Assembly: GCA_039915165.1 (NCBI GenBank)
Contig: JBDSNU010000018.1
Location: 2,064 to 66,063, forward strand
Direction: 5' to 3'
DNA length: 64,000 nucleotides
From: Minisyncoccota bacterium
GTDB lineage: Bacteria > Patescibacteriota > Minisyncoccia > Phycocordibacterales > UBA9973
Part shown: one piece after another, positions 38,836 to 49,359 of the stretch
Numbering within the stretch: the stretch's first letter is position 1
How the letters are laid out: the number at the start of each line of letters is the position of its first letter
Notes under the pieces: model-generated
The model's database searches: none
The model's input: only the letters and a program-made list of their open reading frames with translations
Told to the model about the DNA's origin: nothing
Made by a program: the position numbers and the translations under genes

Positions 38836-40809
38836 CTAGAGGAAGACAGTAAAGCCCGACTCTGAACCACTGCGACTTTCTCTCTTGATATATTCATCAG
38901 GAACATCCATCAAAAATTCTGACGGTAGTCGTACATCGCGCATACCAAAAATTGTTCGCATGCTTGCATAGGTCAAATATAATTTTCTGCGAGCACGAGT
39001 AACAGCGACATACATTAGTCGGCGCTCTTCTTCTGCATCGGCACCGGTAAGTTTCGCATCACGTTGGTGTGGAAATAATCCGTGCTCGAGTCCAGTCACA
39101 AACACTGTGCCAAACTCCAACCCTTTTGCTGCGTGAATGGTCATCAACTTCACGCCATTTTTTTCTGCACCTTTTTTATTTTTGTCACTACCACTATCTT
39201 TGTCCAAATTATCCTGATCGCTCATGAGTGTTGCGTCTTCCAATAATTTTTCTAATCCTTCGAATCCATCGTAATGATCATAGCGCAATCCAAGTGTCAC
39301 AAGTTCCTCCAAGTTTTCTAATCGTTCTTCTCCGTCAACTTTGTCTTCTTTGTATGTGCGCTGCATGCCACTCTCAACAATAATGTATTTGATAGTTTCT
39401 GATACAGAATGAATTTCAGAAAAATCTCTCACACGTTCAAGCAATTCAAAAAAAGTTTTTACAGACAATAGTCCCTTTCCAGAAAGTTCACCGTAGGGGT
39501 TTTCAAGAGAGCGAGTGCTGAATAATTTATCAATAGTCACCTTGCCGATACCGCGAGCTGGTGTATTGATAGTGCGTTTGATGTCGACAATACTGTCAGG
39601 ATTTTGCGCTGCACGAATATATGACAAAACATCTTTCACTTCTTTACGTTCGAAGAATTTCACACCCAACACTTGATATGGAACATTGTACGAAAGCAAA
39701 GCCTCTTCAAGTACGCGAGACTGGAAATTTGTACGGAACAAGATTGCAATGTCTTCTGGTTTTTCACCACTATCAATTTTCTCGACGCACTGCTCTGCAA
39801 TAAATTTTGCTTCATCATTTTCGTCGTACGCAGAGTACACAGAGATCAGTTCGCCTTCAGCGTTATTCGTAAATAATTCTTTTGGTGTGCGATATTTATT
39901 TTTGTTTACGATTACATTCGCAGCGGCGATCACTGTTTTTGTTGATCGATAATTTTCTTCAAGCAATACCACCACTGCTTCTGGATAGTCTCGCTCGAAT
40001 TCTAAAATATTTTTGATGTTTGCTCCGCGCCAAGAATAAATACTTTGGTCAGAGTCACCTACTACACACAAATTTTTTTTACTCCCCGCTAATGCTTTTG
40101 CGATACGATACTGCACTTCATTAGTATCTTGGTACTCATCGATGTGAATGTATTGCCATGCATCGTGGCACCATGATCGAACTGTTTCATTGTCTTCTAG
40201 TAGTTTCACTGTTTCTAACAACAAGTCATCGAAGTCCAATGATTTTTGTTCACGCTTCAATGCTGTGTAACGTTTCCACACTTGCCCAGTGATACGGTTA
40301 CGCGGATTACTATCGTTCAATAATTGATCAGGACTTAGCAGCGCATTTGCTGAACGACTTATAAGACTACGTATTGCACGTGGTTCATTTGTTTTTGGAT
40401 CGAGTCCAAAGTATTGCAAAGATTCTTTGATCAAAGACATCGTGTCTGCATCATCAAGAATAGTGAAACGTTTCACCTGCGCGTCGTAGGCACCAAATCT
40501 TCTCAGCAAAAATACTCCTAAGCTATGAAACGTGCTGACGAATGGTATACCCGGTGCGCGGAGTGCAACAGGCATTGTCTCAAGTTGCACGATAACACGC
40601 TCACGCATTTCTTTTGCTGCCTTGTTTGTGAAGGTAACGGCCAGTATTCCACTTGGTGAAACACCTCCTTCTATTAAATTACAAATGCGATGAACAATTG
40701 TTTTTGTTTTTCCTGCCCCTGCCCCAGCCACTATTAATAGCGGTCCTTCTTTTGTCAGTACTGCTTTTTTTTGCGCGTCATTTAGTCCTTCTAGAAATTG
40801 CATGATCAC
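38836..40809 (-). CDS. pcrA: ATP-dependent DNA helicase UvrD/PcrA family
   Basis: Motif I AGAGAGKTKT, motif II DEYQDTN, motifs III-VI. Confidence 0.9.
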   Translation of the reverse strand: MIMQFLEGLNDAQKKAVLTKEGPLLIVAGAGAGKTKTIVHRICNLIEGGVSPSGILAVTFTNKAAKEMRERVIVQLETMPVALRAPGIPFVSTFHSLGVFLLRRFGAYDAQVKRFTILDDADTMSLIKESLQYFGLDPKTNEPRAIRSLISRSANALLSPDQLLNDSNPRNRITGQVWKRYTALKREQKSLDFDDLLLETVKLLEDNETVRSWCHDAWQYIHIDEYQDTNEVQYRIAKALAGSKKNLCVVGDSDQSIYSWRGANIKNILEFERDYPEAVVVLLEENYRSTKTVIAAANVIVNKNKYRTPKELFTNNAEGELISVYSAYDENDEAKFIAEQCVEKIDSGEKPEDIAILFRTNFQSRVLEEALLSYNVPYQVLGVKFFERKEVKDVLSYIRAAQNPDSIVDIKRTINTPARGIGKVTIDKLFSTRSLENPYGELSGKGLLSVKTFFELLERVRDFSEIHSVSETIKYIIVESGMQRTYKEDKVDGEERLENLEELVTLGLRYDHYDGFEGLEKLLEDATLMSDQDNLDKDSGSDKNKKGAEKNGVKLMTIHAAKGLEFGTVFVTGLEHGLFPHQRDAKLTGADAEEERRLMYVAVTRARRKLYLTYASMRTIFGMRDVRLPSEFLMDVPDEYIKRESRSGSESGFTVFL

Positions 40810-41032
40810 AGTGTAACAGACCCGAAAATATAGTGCAGTACAGAAATCGGAATGGAAAATGAGCCTTATTCTATATAGGTGTCAGAGCAATTTTGATTGC
40901 ACGAAATAATGACAAAACTGTCAATGTGTAGCAATATCAACGTATTTTAGGTAAAAATCATTGACTAAACACGTGAAAGATTGTGTTATCCAATACCCTC
41001 GTTATTCCTTGGTATTATTATCAACATAACCT

Positions 41033-42247
41033 ATGGTACCTATCGACACACCGAGGAAACGCATCGCGTTCCTCATTATAACAATCGCATTACTTAGTTT
41101 CACAGCAACTACTGTACATGCCGCAACAAAGCCAGTTTCAAAAAAAACTTCGACTACTCAGGTAAAAACTGCAACTACTACGGCAAAAAAGACTGCAACT
41201 AAGGCCGCTACTAAGGTTGCTACAACAACTACAAAACCAAAGACTATTGTTAAAGGCGAAAAAGTAACAGCCAAGGCCGTGACCGTTGTTGGTAATAATA
41301 GTATTTCTACCTATACCGTTAAGAAGGGTGACACAATCTCAACCATTGCTAAAAAATTTGATATCACGACGAATACTATTCGTTGGTCAAATGGCATTAA
41401 TAGCAAGGCAACAATCAAGGTTGGTGATAAGCTCACTATCCTTCCTACAAGTGGCATTATTTATGAAGTAAAAAACGGCGATACACTCGGTGAGATCGCA
41501 CAAAAATTTGGCGCTGACCAGGATGACATTCTGAATGCTAACGATCTTGATAACGCCAACAGTTTGAAACTCGGTATGAAACTTCACATTCCAAATGTTG
41601 AACCGCTTGATTCTGATTCAGTCGCAACATCCACCCATGACACTGCTACTGTAACTGAAAATATTTCCCCTATCGACATCCCGCAGCCACAAACAACTGT
41701 TTCAGTAATTTCACCTGTTGATCCAGTTGCCGTAATACCTGTGGCAATACTTACTCCTGCTCCCGGTACTACGATGATGGTAACAAATCCTGTAACTGAA
41801 ATTACCTACCCCATCACTGTGAAGCAATCCGCTGCTGCAACTAAGTACACTATCCCCTCAAATGATATTCGTGGATATTATGCTCAACCTGTTTCTGGAA
41901 AATTAAGTCAGGGTATTCATGATGTGAATGCTGTAGACATTTCTGCGCCAGTTGGAACAACAGTACATGCTGCTGCGGCAGGAACAATTATTGTTGCCGG
42001 TGGTGATGGAAAATACAATGGCGGATACGGCAACTACATCGTTGTCTCTCATCCAAATAATACTCAAACTTTGTATGCACACCTTTCAGAAGTTTCTGTC
42101 ACACTAGGTGAAGTAGTATCACAAGGAGAACCAATCGGACTTTCTGGAAAAACTGGAAAAGTTACTGGTGCCCACCTTCACTTCGAAATCCGCGGTGCGA
42201 CAAATCCATGGGGTTCTGATACAAAAGGAACTGCATACTCAATCTAA
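41033..42247 (+). CDS. Secreted peptidoglycan endopeptidase: Thr/Lys-rich linker, two LysM domains, C-terminal M23 peptidase
   Basis: LysM motifs YTVKKGDTISTIAKKF and YEVKNGDTLGEIAQKF. M23 motifs HxxxD-like GIHDVNAVDIS and HLHFEIR. Confidence 0.85.
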   Translation: MVPIDTPRKRIAFLIITIALLSFTATTVHAATKPVSKKTSTTQVKTATTTAKKTATKAATKVATTTTKPKTIVKGEKVTAKAVTVVGNNSISTYTVKKGDTISTIAKKFDITTNTIRWSNGINSKATIKVGDKLTILPTSGIIYEVKNGDTLGEIAQKFGADQDDILNANDLDNANSLKLGMKLHIPNVEPLDSDSVATSTHDTATVTENISPIDIPQPQTTVSVISPVDPVAVIPVAILTPAPGTTMMVTNPVTEITYPITVKQSAAATKYTIPSNDIRGYYAQPVSGKLSQGIHDVNAVDISAPVGTTVHAAAAGTIIVAGGDGKYNGGYGNYIVVSHPNNTQTLYAHLSEVSVTLGEVVSQGEPIGLSGKTGKVTGAHLHFEIRGATNPWGSDTKGTAYSI

Positions 42248-42291
42248 ATAAAAATTGACTCACGAAGAGTCATTTTTTTATCGCAAGCAGT

Positions 42292-42528
42292 TTATAGTAA
42301 TGCAGGAATTGTCAGCTTAATATCAATTGGTTTTTTATTTGCGATCTGCGAACTTGCACGCAAGATTTCAATGCCTAGTAGGGCACCTTCTTTATCTGTA
42401 TCAATCATAATATGATTTTTCATTTTTGAACTATGAGAAACAACCCCCTTTTTAAGGGTAATATAAATCGCATCTGCTTTTTTGTCATATGTAATTTTCA
42501 TAAATAATAACAAGTTATAACTATGCAC
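42292..42528 (-). CDS. DUF2283-family small protein (putative antitoxin partner)
   Basis: KITYDKKADAIYITL...DTDKEGALLGIEIL pattern. Confidence 0.45.
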   Translation of the reverse strand: MHSYNLLLFMKITYDKKADAIYITLKKGVVSHSSKMKNHIMIDTDKEGALLGIEILRASSQIANKKPIDIKLTIPALL

Positions 42529-42719
42529 GTAGTATGGCTTTTCTTACAAATAATTTCAAGCAGCCCTTTTTCGGTACGGTAGTTGATGGTGGTAATTTCT
42601 TCATTGTCAGTAAACTGTATAGTAGGATTTTTAATACCGAGTTGGATTTCATATGCTAAAATATTTCTTTGATTCATTCGGACTAATGCATGTTCCGTAT
42701 AAATGATACGCATACTCAA
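42498..42719 (-). CDS. DUF4258-family small protein (putative toxin partner)
   Basis: IIYTEHALVRMNQRNI signature; overlaps the DUF2283 gene. Confidence 0.45.
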   Translation of the reverse strand: MSMRIIYTEHALVRMNQRNILAYEIQLGIKNPTIQFTDNEEITTINYRTEKGLLEIICKKSHTTCIVITCYYL

Positions 42720-44221
42720 TCTAGTTTCGGGCGATATTGAAGTGCCTCTAAAACATGGCGCTCTTCTATAGTGTCGGAGTTGTCTAGGTCTGCGATAGTG
42801 CGCGAAACTTTTATCGTCCGTAAATATGATCGTGGTGATAGTTTTAGCTTCTCCGCGAATTGTTGTAGTTGCTTCTTTGCCTGCTCATTTAATTTACTTT
42901 TGAGATGAACATCTTGTGAGGACATGTCACTATTTAATGTGCCGGACCGAGCATATTGAATGGTGCGCAGTACCCCTACTCTTTTTTGTATTGAAGCACT
43001 TTCTTTATTGTTCCCTATTTCATGTAATGATTCGTAATCGATATGTTGTACGGGTACCCATAGATCAATGCGATCCATGATCGGCCCCGAAAGTTTTTTA
43101 TTGTATCGTGCCAGTTCTCCACCGAGACAACTACATGCTTTGATCGAGCTTCCTCTATATCCGCAGGGACATGGATTCATTGCTGCTAGTAAAATAAACT
43201 CTGCAGGGAAATGCACACTACCCTTAGCTCTGGCGACAGTAATGCTTCCGTCTTCCATTGGCTCTCTCAATGCCTCGATAACCCTTCTATCGAATTCCGG
43301 AAATTCATCAAGATACAAGACTCCTCTGTGTGAAAGTGTAATATCTCCTGGGCGAATATTAGAACCACCACCAATGATTGCAACATGAGAAGCACTATGG
43401 TGTGGACTGCGAAGCGGTGGATTGCCATCGAGAATACTATCTATCAAGCCTATGCTGGAATAAATTGTTGCTACTTCTAGGAAGTGCTCATTAGATAGTG
43501 ACGGTAGTATTCCATGAAAGGCTTTTGCTAACATGGTCTTGCCTGTGCCTGGTGGTCCATACAATACAATGTTGTGACCACCACTTGCCGCGATAGTCAG
43601 CGCCCGCTTTGCTATTGTTTGCCCTTTCACATCGCCAAAATCAATACCAATATGTTCATGGGTAGCAATACGTATCGAAGGTGAAACTGTTTCTAGACGA
43701 TGTACTCCTAACAAGTGATCAACAAGTGCAGATAATGTTGGTACTAGAAAAAATACTACTCCTTCTACCAGTTGTGCTTCCCGCTTATTACCAATAGGTA
43801 TATAGACTTCGGCAATGCCTTTTTTCTTTGCCCATAGTGCAATAGATAATAATCCTCGTATTGGTCTAACGTCTCCGTTTAGACCTAGTTCACCCACAAA
43901 GATTTTATTAGCACTATCGAAATGCAGTGTTTCACTAGCAGTAAGATATCCTAATGCAATTGCTATATCAAAATACGAACCCTCTTTTTTAATTTCTGCA
44001 GGAGAAAGGCTAACGATAACTTTATTGTTTTCAGATTTCGGATTTTTATGTAAACTATTTCGTAATGCGCTGATCACTCGCTCTCGAGATTCTTCAACAG
44101 CTTTGTCGGGCAGTCCAACTATTTGAAATAAATATAATCCTTTACTGATATCTGTTTCAACGGCAACTCCTGATGCGCCAAGTCCTGTAAGTTGCGCGCT
44201 GTGAATAATAGAAAATGCCAT
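42716..44221 (-). CDS. comM: YifB/ComM-family Mg-chelatase-like AAA+ ATPase
   Basis: Lon-like N-domain, AAA+ Walker A GPPGTGKTMLA, ChlI-type C-terminal domain. Confidence 0.85.
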   Translation of the reverse strand: MAFSIIHSAQLTGLGASGVAVETDISKGLYLFQIVGLPDKAVEESRERVISALRNSLHKNPKSENNKVIVSLSPAEIKKEGSYFDIAIALGYLTASETLHFDSANKIFVGELGLNGDVRPIRGLLSIALWAKKKGIAEVYIPIGNKREAQLVEGVVFFLVPTLSALVDHLLGVHRLETVSPSIRIATHEHIGIDFGDVKGQTIAKRALTIAASGGHNIVLYGPPGTGKTMLAKAFHGILPSLSNEHFLEVATIYSSIGLIDSILDGNPPLRSPHHSASHVAIIGGGSNIRPGDITLSHRGVLYLDEFPEFDRRVIEALREPMEDGSITVARAKGSVHFPAEFILLAAMNPCPCGYRGSSIKACSCLGGELARYNKKLSGPIMDRIDLWVPVQHIDYESLHEIGNNKESASIQKRVGVLRTIQYARSGTLNSDMSSQDVHLKSKLNEQAKKQLQQFAEKLKLSPRSYLRTIKVSRTIADLDNSDTIEERHVLEALQYRPKLD

Positions 44222-44261
44222 ACAGTGAGTATGGCATTTTCGTATTCAAGAAAAACTGAAG

Positions 44262-44615
44262 TTAGTCGTTCATGTGTGCTTTGTCAGTGCGAGCAGCTGG
44301 GTTTGCTCCGAGACGATCAGCTTCGATAGGGTTGTTACATACTTCGCATGTGCCGAATGTATTGTCTTCAATCTTACCAAGAGCAATATTGATATCTCCT
44401 AAGCGAGCCTGAAGAGTAGTTACCATTGCAGAACGTTCTTCAAAGTCTTCAAAACGGTCAGCTGCATCATTGTCATCAATTTCGCCCATCATGTCTTGGT
44501 CTGGAGTAGCATCCCACATGTTGGTTTCTGTATTAAAAATAGCAATTTGGCCGAGTTCTTCTTCCAAACTTTTCTTTTCAATTTCTAGCTTTTCTTTAAA
44601 AGACTGTGTATTCAT
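44262..44615 (-). CDS. DksA/TraR-family regulator, partial zinc-finger variant (only one CxxC pair)
   Basis: Coiled-coil N-half with acidic tip (DDNDAADRFEDFEE); C-terminal CEVCNNPIEADRL. Confidence 0.6.
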   Translation of the reverse strand: MNTQSFKEKLEIEKKSLEEELGQIAIFNTETNMWDATPDQDMMGEIDDNDAADRFEDFEERSAMVTTLQARLGDINIALGKIEDNTFGTCEVCNNPIEADRLGANPAARTDKAHMND

Positions 44616-44664
44616 ACCCCGTATACTAGCATGCTAGGGCAAAAGCACAAGATAGTGGTGTGAA

Positions 44665-45552
44665 TTAACGCTGGGTTATAACTGTGTCATATACTGCCTT
44701 TAAAACTTCAGGTGTAGAGGTAATAACCAGTACATTGTTAGTGGCATATCCATACAAAAAGACGATTTTTTGTTGTTGGGTAGTTGGGTCAACGACATAC
44801 AAGCTGCGAACTGGTAAATTGTAAAAATACTGACTTTTGAAAACTGGTACTGGCTGTTGCGGGATAGTTGAAGTGTCAATATTTAGTGCTAAAGAAAACA
44901 TGTTGAGTAATGTTGGTTCCGCAATAGTAAATTCATTTGATGCTTTTTCAGGATCTGAAATTGAAGTCACGATGAATGGCAAAATATCTTGCCCTGTATT
45001 TACTACACCTAAGCGAGCTGAGGTTATCGATGCTTGTAATGGCTCTGTGGGTGCTGCTCCAATAAATGAATATAGTTGAGTAGTTGAAATCGGTGTTTTT
45101 GTCTGAGCATCAGTAACAAGAGTAACCAATGTCGGCTTCCCTACTACCAATGTGGTTGATGTTTTTAAAGTAGCTAGGACATCTTTGATAGTTGTACCAT
45201 CAATTGCAATTGGGTCTGTACTTTGAAATACCCCAACAGAAACCGCTGGCTGTACGGGCACTGTCAGATGGAAATAATAATACGTACCATACGCCAACAC
45301 CGCAGCTGTTAGTACTATCAAAATAAAACTGCTCGTGGTGTACCATTTCTTCTCTCGGCGCTCAGTTACTTCGATGGCTGCTTCAACTTCTTGTTCGCGA
45401 GCCATGGTGAGCATTTTCTGTACGTCACCCGCTTCAGTAGCATTCATAGCCTTGGCCAAGTCATCTTGATACGTATGTGACATAGCATGTTGCTGTTCTA
45501 CCAAATCAGCTTCAGGTGTTTCTATTGATATTTTTGGTTCAACTGGATCCAT
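44665..45552 (-). CDS. Bitopic membrane protein (295 aa), unknown
   Basis: Single TM FILIVLTAAVLAYGTYYYF. Confidence 0.4.
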   Translation of the reverse strand: MDPVEPKISIETPEADLVEQQHAMSHTYQDDLAKAMNATEAGDVQKMLTMAREQEVEAAIEVTERREKKWYTTSSFILIVLTAAVLAYGTYYYFHLTVPVQPAVSVGVFQSTDPIAIDGTTIKDVLATLKTSTTLVVGKPTLVTLVTDAQTKTPISTTQLYSFIGAAPTEPLQASITSARLGVVNTGQDILPFIVTSISDPEKASNEFTIAEPTLLNMFSLALNIDTSTIPQQPVPVFKSQYFYNLPVRSLYVVDPTTQQQKIVFLYGYATNNVLVITSTPEVLKAVYDTVITQR

Positions 45553-45560
45553 GAAGTATA

Positions 45561-46070
45561 TTAATAACCGATTAGGTATTTTTTGTGATTATCAGAGAGG
45601 TCAATGAATTCATCAACTACTTCTTTAAGCGCAGACGATGCTGACTTACCAAAGGTCGCTGCTTCTACTTGTACTCCATGGTGGTATCGCAAATAGTTAC
45701 AGAGCGGTACAAAATCTCCATCACCTGAAACTATAATTATTGCATCGAGCTTTGGTGCCATTGAAACTGCATCGATTGCGAGTCCGATATCCCAGTCAGC
45801 TTTTTTGCTGCCATCATAAAAAATTTGCAGGTCCTTAGATTTTGTCTCAATCCCCGCCTTAATAAGTGCGCTTAAAAATGCAGTCTCGTCACCGTTCTCG
45901 GTGGTGATAACATATGCAATTGATCTAATAAGTGTTCTGCCTGCTAAGAGGTCTTTTACTACATTACCAAAATTTACTTTTCTTTTATAAAGGTTTTTCG
46001 CTGTGTGGTACAGGTTTTGTGCGTCTATGAAAATTCCCACACGTTGATCCTTTTGTTTTATTACTGCCAT
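45561..46070 (-). CDS. NYN-domain (LabA/DUF88-like) predicted RNase
   Basis: VGIFIDAQNLYH...IIVSGDGDFVPL PIN-like acidic residues. Confidence 0.6.
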   Translation of the reverse strand: MAVIKQKDQRVGIFIDAQNLYHTAKNLYKRKVNFGNVVKDLLAGRTLIRSIAYVITTENGDETAFLSALIKAGIETKSKDLQIFYDGSKKADWDIGLAIDAVSMAPKLDAIIIVSGDGDFVPLCNYLRYHHGVQVEAATFGKSASSALKEVVDEFIDLSDNHKKYLIGY

Positions 46071-46092
46071 AGTATAAGTATACACTGAAAAC

Positions 46093-46125
46093 AAAAACCC
46101 TCTTATGTATATAAGAGGGTTTTTG
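46093..46125 (-). terminator. Intrinsic terminator (aaaaaccctcttatgtatataagagggttttt) after rpsO
   Basis: Perfect hairpin with flanking A/T runs. Confidence 0.6.
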
Positions 46126-46146
46126 TCTCGAGTAATCGAGTGTTTA

Positions 46147-46407
46147 TTATGCCTTGATAATCTTTAGAGCTGTCTTGTGCTTTTCAGGACTAGTCTTTTC
46201 AAGAATCTTTAGGTGTCCGCGACGATCTGCTACCATCTTGATAAGTCCGCGACGAGAGTGGTTGTCCTTCTTGTGCTTCTTCAGGTGATCAGCAAGTGTT
46301 TCGATACGCTGTGTAAGCATAGCTACCTGAACTGTTTTTGATCCAGTGTCAGTAGTATGTTCCTGGTGCTTCTTGATTACTGCTTGTTTTTTCTTGGTCG
46401 TTAACAT
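46147..46407 (-). CDS. rpsO: 30S ribosomal protein S15
   Basis: [39 protein letters not shown]. Start taken at the internal MLTTKKK (ORF track over-extends). Confidence 0.8.
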   Translation of the reverse strand: MLTTKKKQAVIKKHQEHTTDTGSKTVQVAMLTQRIETLADHLKKHKKDNHSRRGLIKMVADRRGHLKILEKTSPEKHKTALKIIKA

Positions 46408-46499
46408 GATGTAAGTATCATAACACAACCAGCTATAAAAAGCAAGCCTGCTGCCATAGTCGTTAGATAGGGCATTATTGGGATATACTATACATATAT

Positions 46500-47405
46500 A
46501 TGACAATCTCAGAGGCAAAAACACAGTTTCTTGAATATATTGAAATCGAAAAAGGTCGCAGCCCTTTGACCAGTCGCAATTACGACCATTATCTCAATAA
46601 ATTCTTTAGTGAAATGAAGATCAATACACCTTCTGACATCACAGAATCAGCTATTCGGCAGTTTCGCGTACAGTTAAATCGTGCCCCAGGTGTGAAAACT
46701 AAGGGCCAGGGTGGTAACACCATGAAGAAAACTACACAAAACTATCACATGATAGCGTTACGTTCTTTTTTGAAATACCTCAAAAAGATCAATATCACCT
46801 CTGTTAGTCCTGATGTGATCGAGCTAGCAAAGGTTGGAGCGCGCGATCTCGACCTTATATCCACAGATGAACTCATTCGTCTACTTAAAGCCCCCGACAC
46901 AAAAGAACTCAAGGGTATGCGCGATAAAGCATTGTTAGAATTATTTTTCTCAACCGGGTTGCGTTTGGCAGAACTATGTTCTCTCAATAGAGACCTCGAC
47001 CTTTCGCGTGATGAGTTTTCTATTCGCGGTAAGGGTGAAAAAGTGCGCGTAGTGTTTTTGTCAGACGAAGCGAAGGATGCAATCAAAGTGTATTTAAAAG
47101 AACGAAAAGATATGGAAGAAGCCATGTTTGTTAATAATTCACGTAATAGTATTGCAGGGAGGCTCACTCCCCGCTCTATCGAACGCATCGTCCGCGAATA
47201 TGCTACCAAGGCCGGCATATCAAAAAAGGTTACACCTCACGTACTACGCCACTCATTTGCAACTGATTTGCTTTCTAATGGTGCTGATATCCGCAGTGTA
47301 CAAATGATGTTAGGTCATGCAAACATTGCTACTACACAGATCTATACGCACATCACTGACAAACAATTGCGCGATGTACACAAGAAGTTTCATAGCAAAA
47401 GATAG
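46500..47405 (+). CDS. Tyrosine site-specific recombinase, XerC/XerD family
   Basis: Catalytic R..H..R..Y region [38 protein letters not shown]. Confidence 0.85.
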   Translation: MTISEAKTQFLEYIEIEKGRSPLTSRNYDHYLNKFFSEMKINTPSDITESAIRQFRVQLNRAPGVKTKGQGGNTMKKTTQNYHMIALRSFLKYLKKINITSVSPDVIELAKVGARDLDLISTDELIRLLKAPDTKELKGMRDKALLELFFSTGLRLAELCSLNRDLDLSRDEFSIRGKGEKVRVVFLSDEAKDAIKVYLKERKDMEEAMFVNNSRNSIAGRLTPRSIERIVREYATKAGISKKVTPHVLRHSFATDLLSNGADIRSVQMMLGHANIATTQIYTHITDKQLRDVHKKFHSKR

Positions 47406-47778
47406 CTTGCGCTGATGAACTAGAAGAGTTATCCACTCCTCTATGTTTGCATTACTTCTCGCCTAGTCTATACTTGTAGGTAAGAGATCTTTGTTAATAA
47501 AATAATTACTCCCACAAAAGACCTAACGGCCTTTCCCATTCGATACTATTCATATCCTCACAATATTTCTGATTACATACTTGTCGTAATCAACATCCCC
47601 GTGAATAAAAAAAATAACTCAATCCAATCAGTTGTTCTTTTTCAAAACAAAAACTAAAACTCAAAACTAATCTTCTACTATATATAAACCATCCTCTCCA
47701 AGGGTGGTTTTCTTTTTCTTTAGTGCGCCATAGCCATGTCGGACGTGGCGACGGCGACCCCTATGTTACAATACTTTT

Positions 47779-48543
47779 ATGCGAATTATCTCCTGGAACA
47801 CTAACGGCCTGCGTGCAACATACAAGCAAGGCAATTTTGATCCCCTTTTTACCGACTATTCCCCTGATATCCTTTGTTTACAAGAAACTAAAGCTACTCC
47901 TGAACAACTTCCGGAAGGTGCGCGTGATGTGTTTGGATACGAAAGTTACTTTTCTTGGCCAGAAGTCAAGAAAGGATATAGCGGTGTAGCTATTTATTCA
48001 AAAGAGAAACCATTAAATGTTACTCTAGGCATAGGATTAAAGGGGTTAGATGATGAGGGCCGTACTATCACCGCTGAATACAAAGACTTTTATGTCATCA
48101 CTTGCTACTTCCCTAATGGTGGAGGTGGACCAGAGCGTTTGGATTATAAGTTACGCTTTTATGATCAGTTTTTGAAATATATAAATGATTTGAAAAAGCC
48201 CGTTATTTTTTGCGGCGACATAAATACTGCTCATAATGAAATCGACCTCGCTCGACCAAAAGAAAATGCTATGAATACAGGCTTCCTCCCTATTGAACGA
48301 GCGTGGATGGATACACTAGTAAAGAATGGCTGGGTAGATACATTTCGCACCCTCTATCCTGAAAAGAAGGATGTTTATACTTACTGGGATCAGAAAACAG
48401 CTGCACGTGAACGAAATGTGGGGTGGCGTATTGATTACTTCTTTGTTTCAGCTGGTATAGAAAAGAAGGTTACTGATCTTATTACACTGAAAGACTTTTA
48501 CGGCAGCGACCACTGCCCTATTATGCTCGATATCAAGTTATAA
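47779..48543 (+). CDS. xth: Exodeoxyribonuclease III (AP endonuclease)
   Basis: MRIISWNTNGLRA start; catalytic SDHCPI C-terminus. Confidence 0.9.
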   Translation: MRIISWNTNGLRATYKQGNFDPLFTDYSPDILCLQETKATPEQLPEGARDVFGYESYFSWPEVKKGYSGVAIYSKEKPLNVTLGIGLKGLDDEGRTITAEYKDFYVITCYFPNGGGGPERLDYKLRFYDQFLKYINDLKKPVIFCGDINTAHNEIDLARPKENAMNTGFLPIERAWMDTLVKNGWVDTFRTLYPEKKDVYTYWDQKTAARERNVGWRIDYFFVSAGIEKKVTDLITLKDFYGSDHCPIMLDIKL

Positions 48544-48546
48544 AAT

Positions 48547-48578
48547 AAAAAGCCTCACAGTTATGTGAGGACTTTTTG
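48547..48578 (+). terminator. Intrinsic terminator (aaaaagcctcacagttatgtgaggactttttg)
   Basis: Hairpin plus T-run right after the xth stop. Confidence 0.6.
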
Positions 48579-48813
48579 TTTTTGTCGCGGTGATTTTTTA
48601 ATACTGTCGTCGTACGGCCCCTTTGTTGCCTTGCGGTGTTTTACGTGGGCCGAGTTGTTTATCTCGCCTGTCGCCTACTGGAAGATTGCTTGCTGATGCA
48701 TCGGATGCATTTCGATTTAGTCGCTGAGCTCCTTTTTTAGTTCGCATAGTGTATAGGTTTGTTTATTTACCAGTAGATTACAAAAAGTTGGCATGAAACG
48801 CAACTATTCCCTA

Positions 48814-49320
48814 CTACAATCTCCCATATATGACCTTCAACCCTTTCATCATGCTGGCCTTGATAAACTTATTGGCACCTTGGTCTGTGGCCAGGTTTAC
48901 CTTCTTTCCTAGTGCCTCACTTAGGCTTTTTTCTAGAGCTGTCAGACTGCTTATATGAAACGTTCCATTAGGGCTGATCATAATATCGACTTCCCCGTTT
49001 GGATTGGTTTCACCCAGTGCAACGGCACCAAAAATACCAGCATAAATGATAGGATACTTCTTTAGTACGGGTGTTACACGGGCAGTAATATCCTCGATAG
49101 ATAAATCTGTCGGCGGTATCGGCGTAAAGCCTTTAATCGCATAAGTTACACGCGGTGAAACGCCAATCTTCTCTATATCGCCATTTGCGAGCAGTTTCTT
49201 TAATGCCGCATGCACTGATACCCTACTTCTTCCTGTTACACGTGAAAGTTCATTCGGTGAAACCGGATTTTCTGCCTGCAGAATATAATGAAACACCATT
49301 TTGTACGCAACTTCTTCCAT
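48814..49320 (-). CDS. Winged-HTH + minimal nucleotidyltransferase (MNT/Pol-beta superfamily) fusion protein
   Basis: N-terminal wHTH-like region; NTase motif IFGAVALGETNPNGEVDIMIS. Confidence 0.55.
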   Translation of the reverse strand: MEEVAYKMVFHYILQAENPVSPNELSRVTGRSRVSVHAALKKLLANGDIEKIGVSPRVTYAIKGFTPIPPTDLSIEDITARVTPVLKKYPIIYAGIFGAVALGETNPNGEVDIMISPNGTFHISSLTALEKSLSEALGKKVNLATDQGANKFIKASMMKGLKVIYGRL

Positions 49321-49359
49321 ACCTTACACTTTACAGTAAACTGTAAACATAGACAATGC

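Noticed and set aside
47406-47778. Possible RNase P RNA or tmRNA in the 373-bp spacer
   Set aside because: No GGAAAGUCCGG-type P4 motif, no tRNA-like acceptor/T-arm, no CCA end. Kept only as an uncharacterised spacer.
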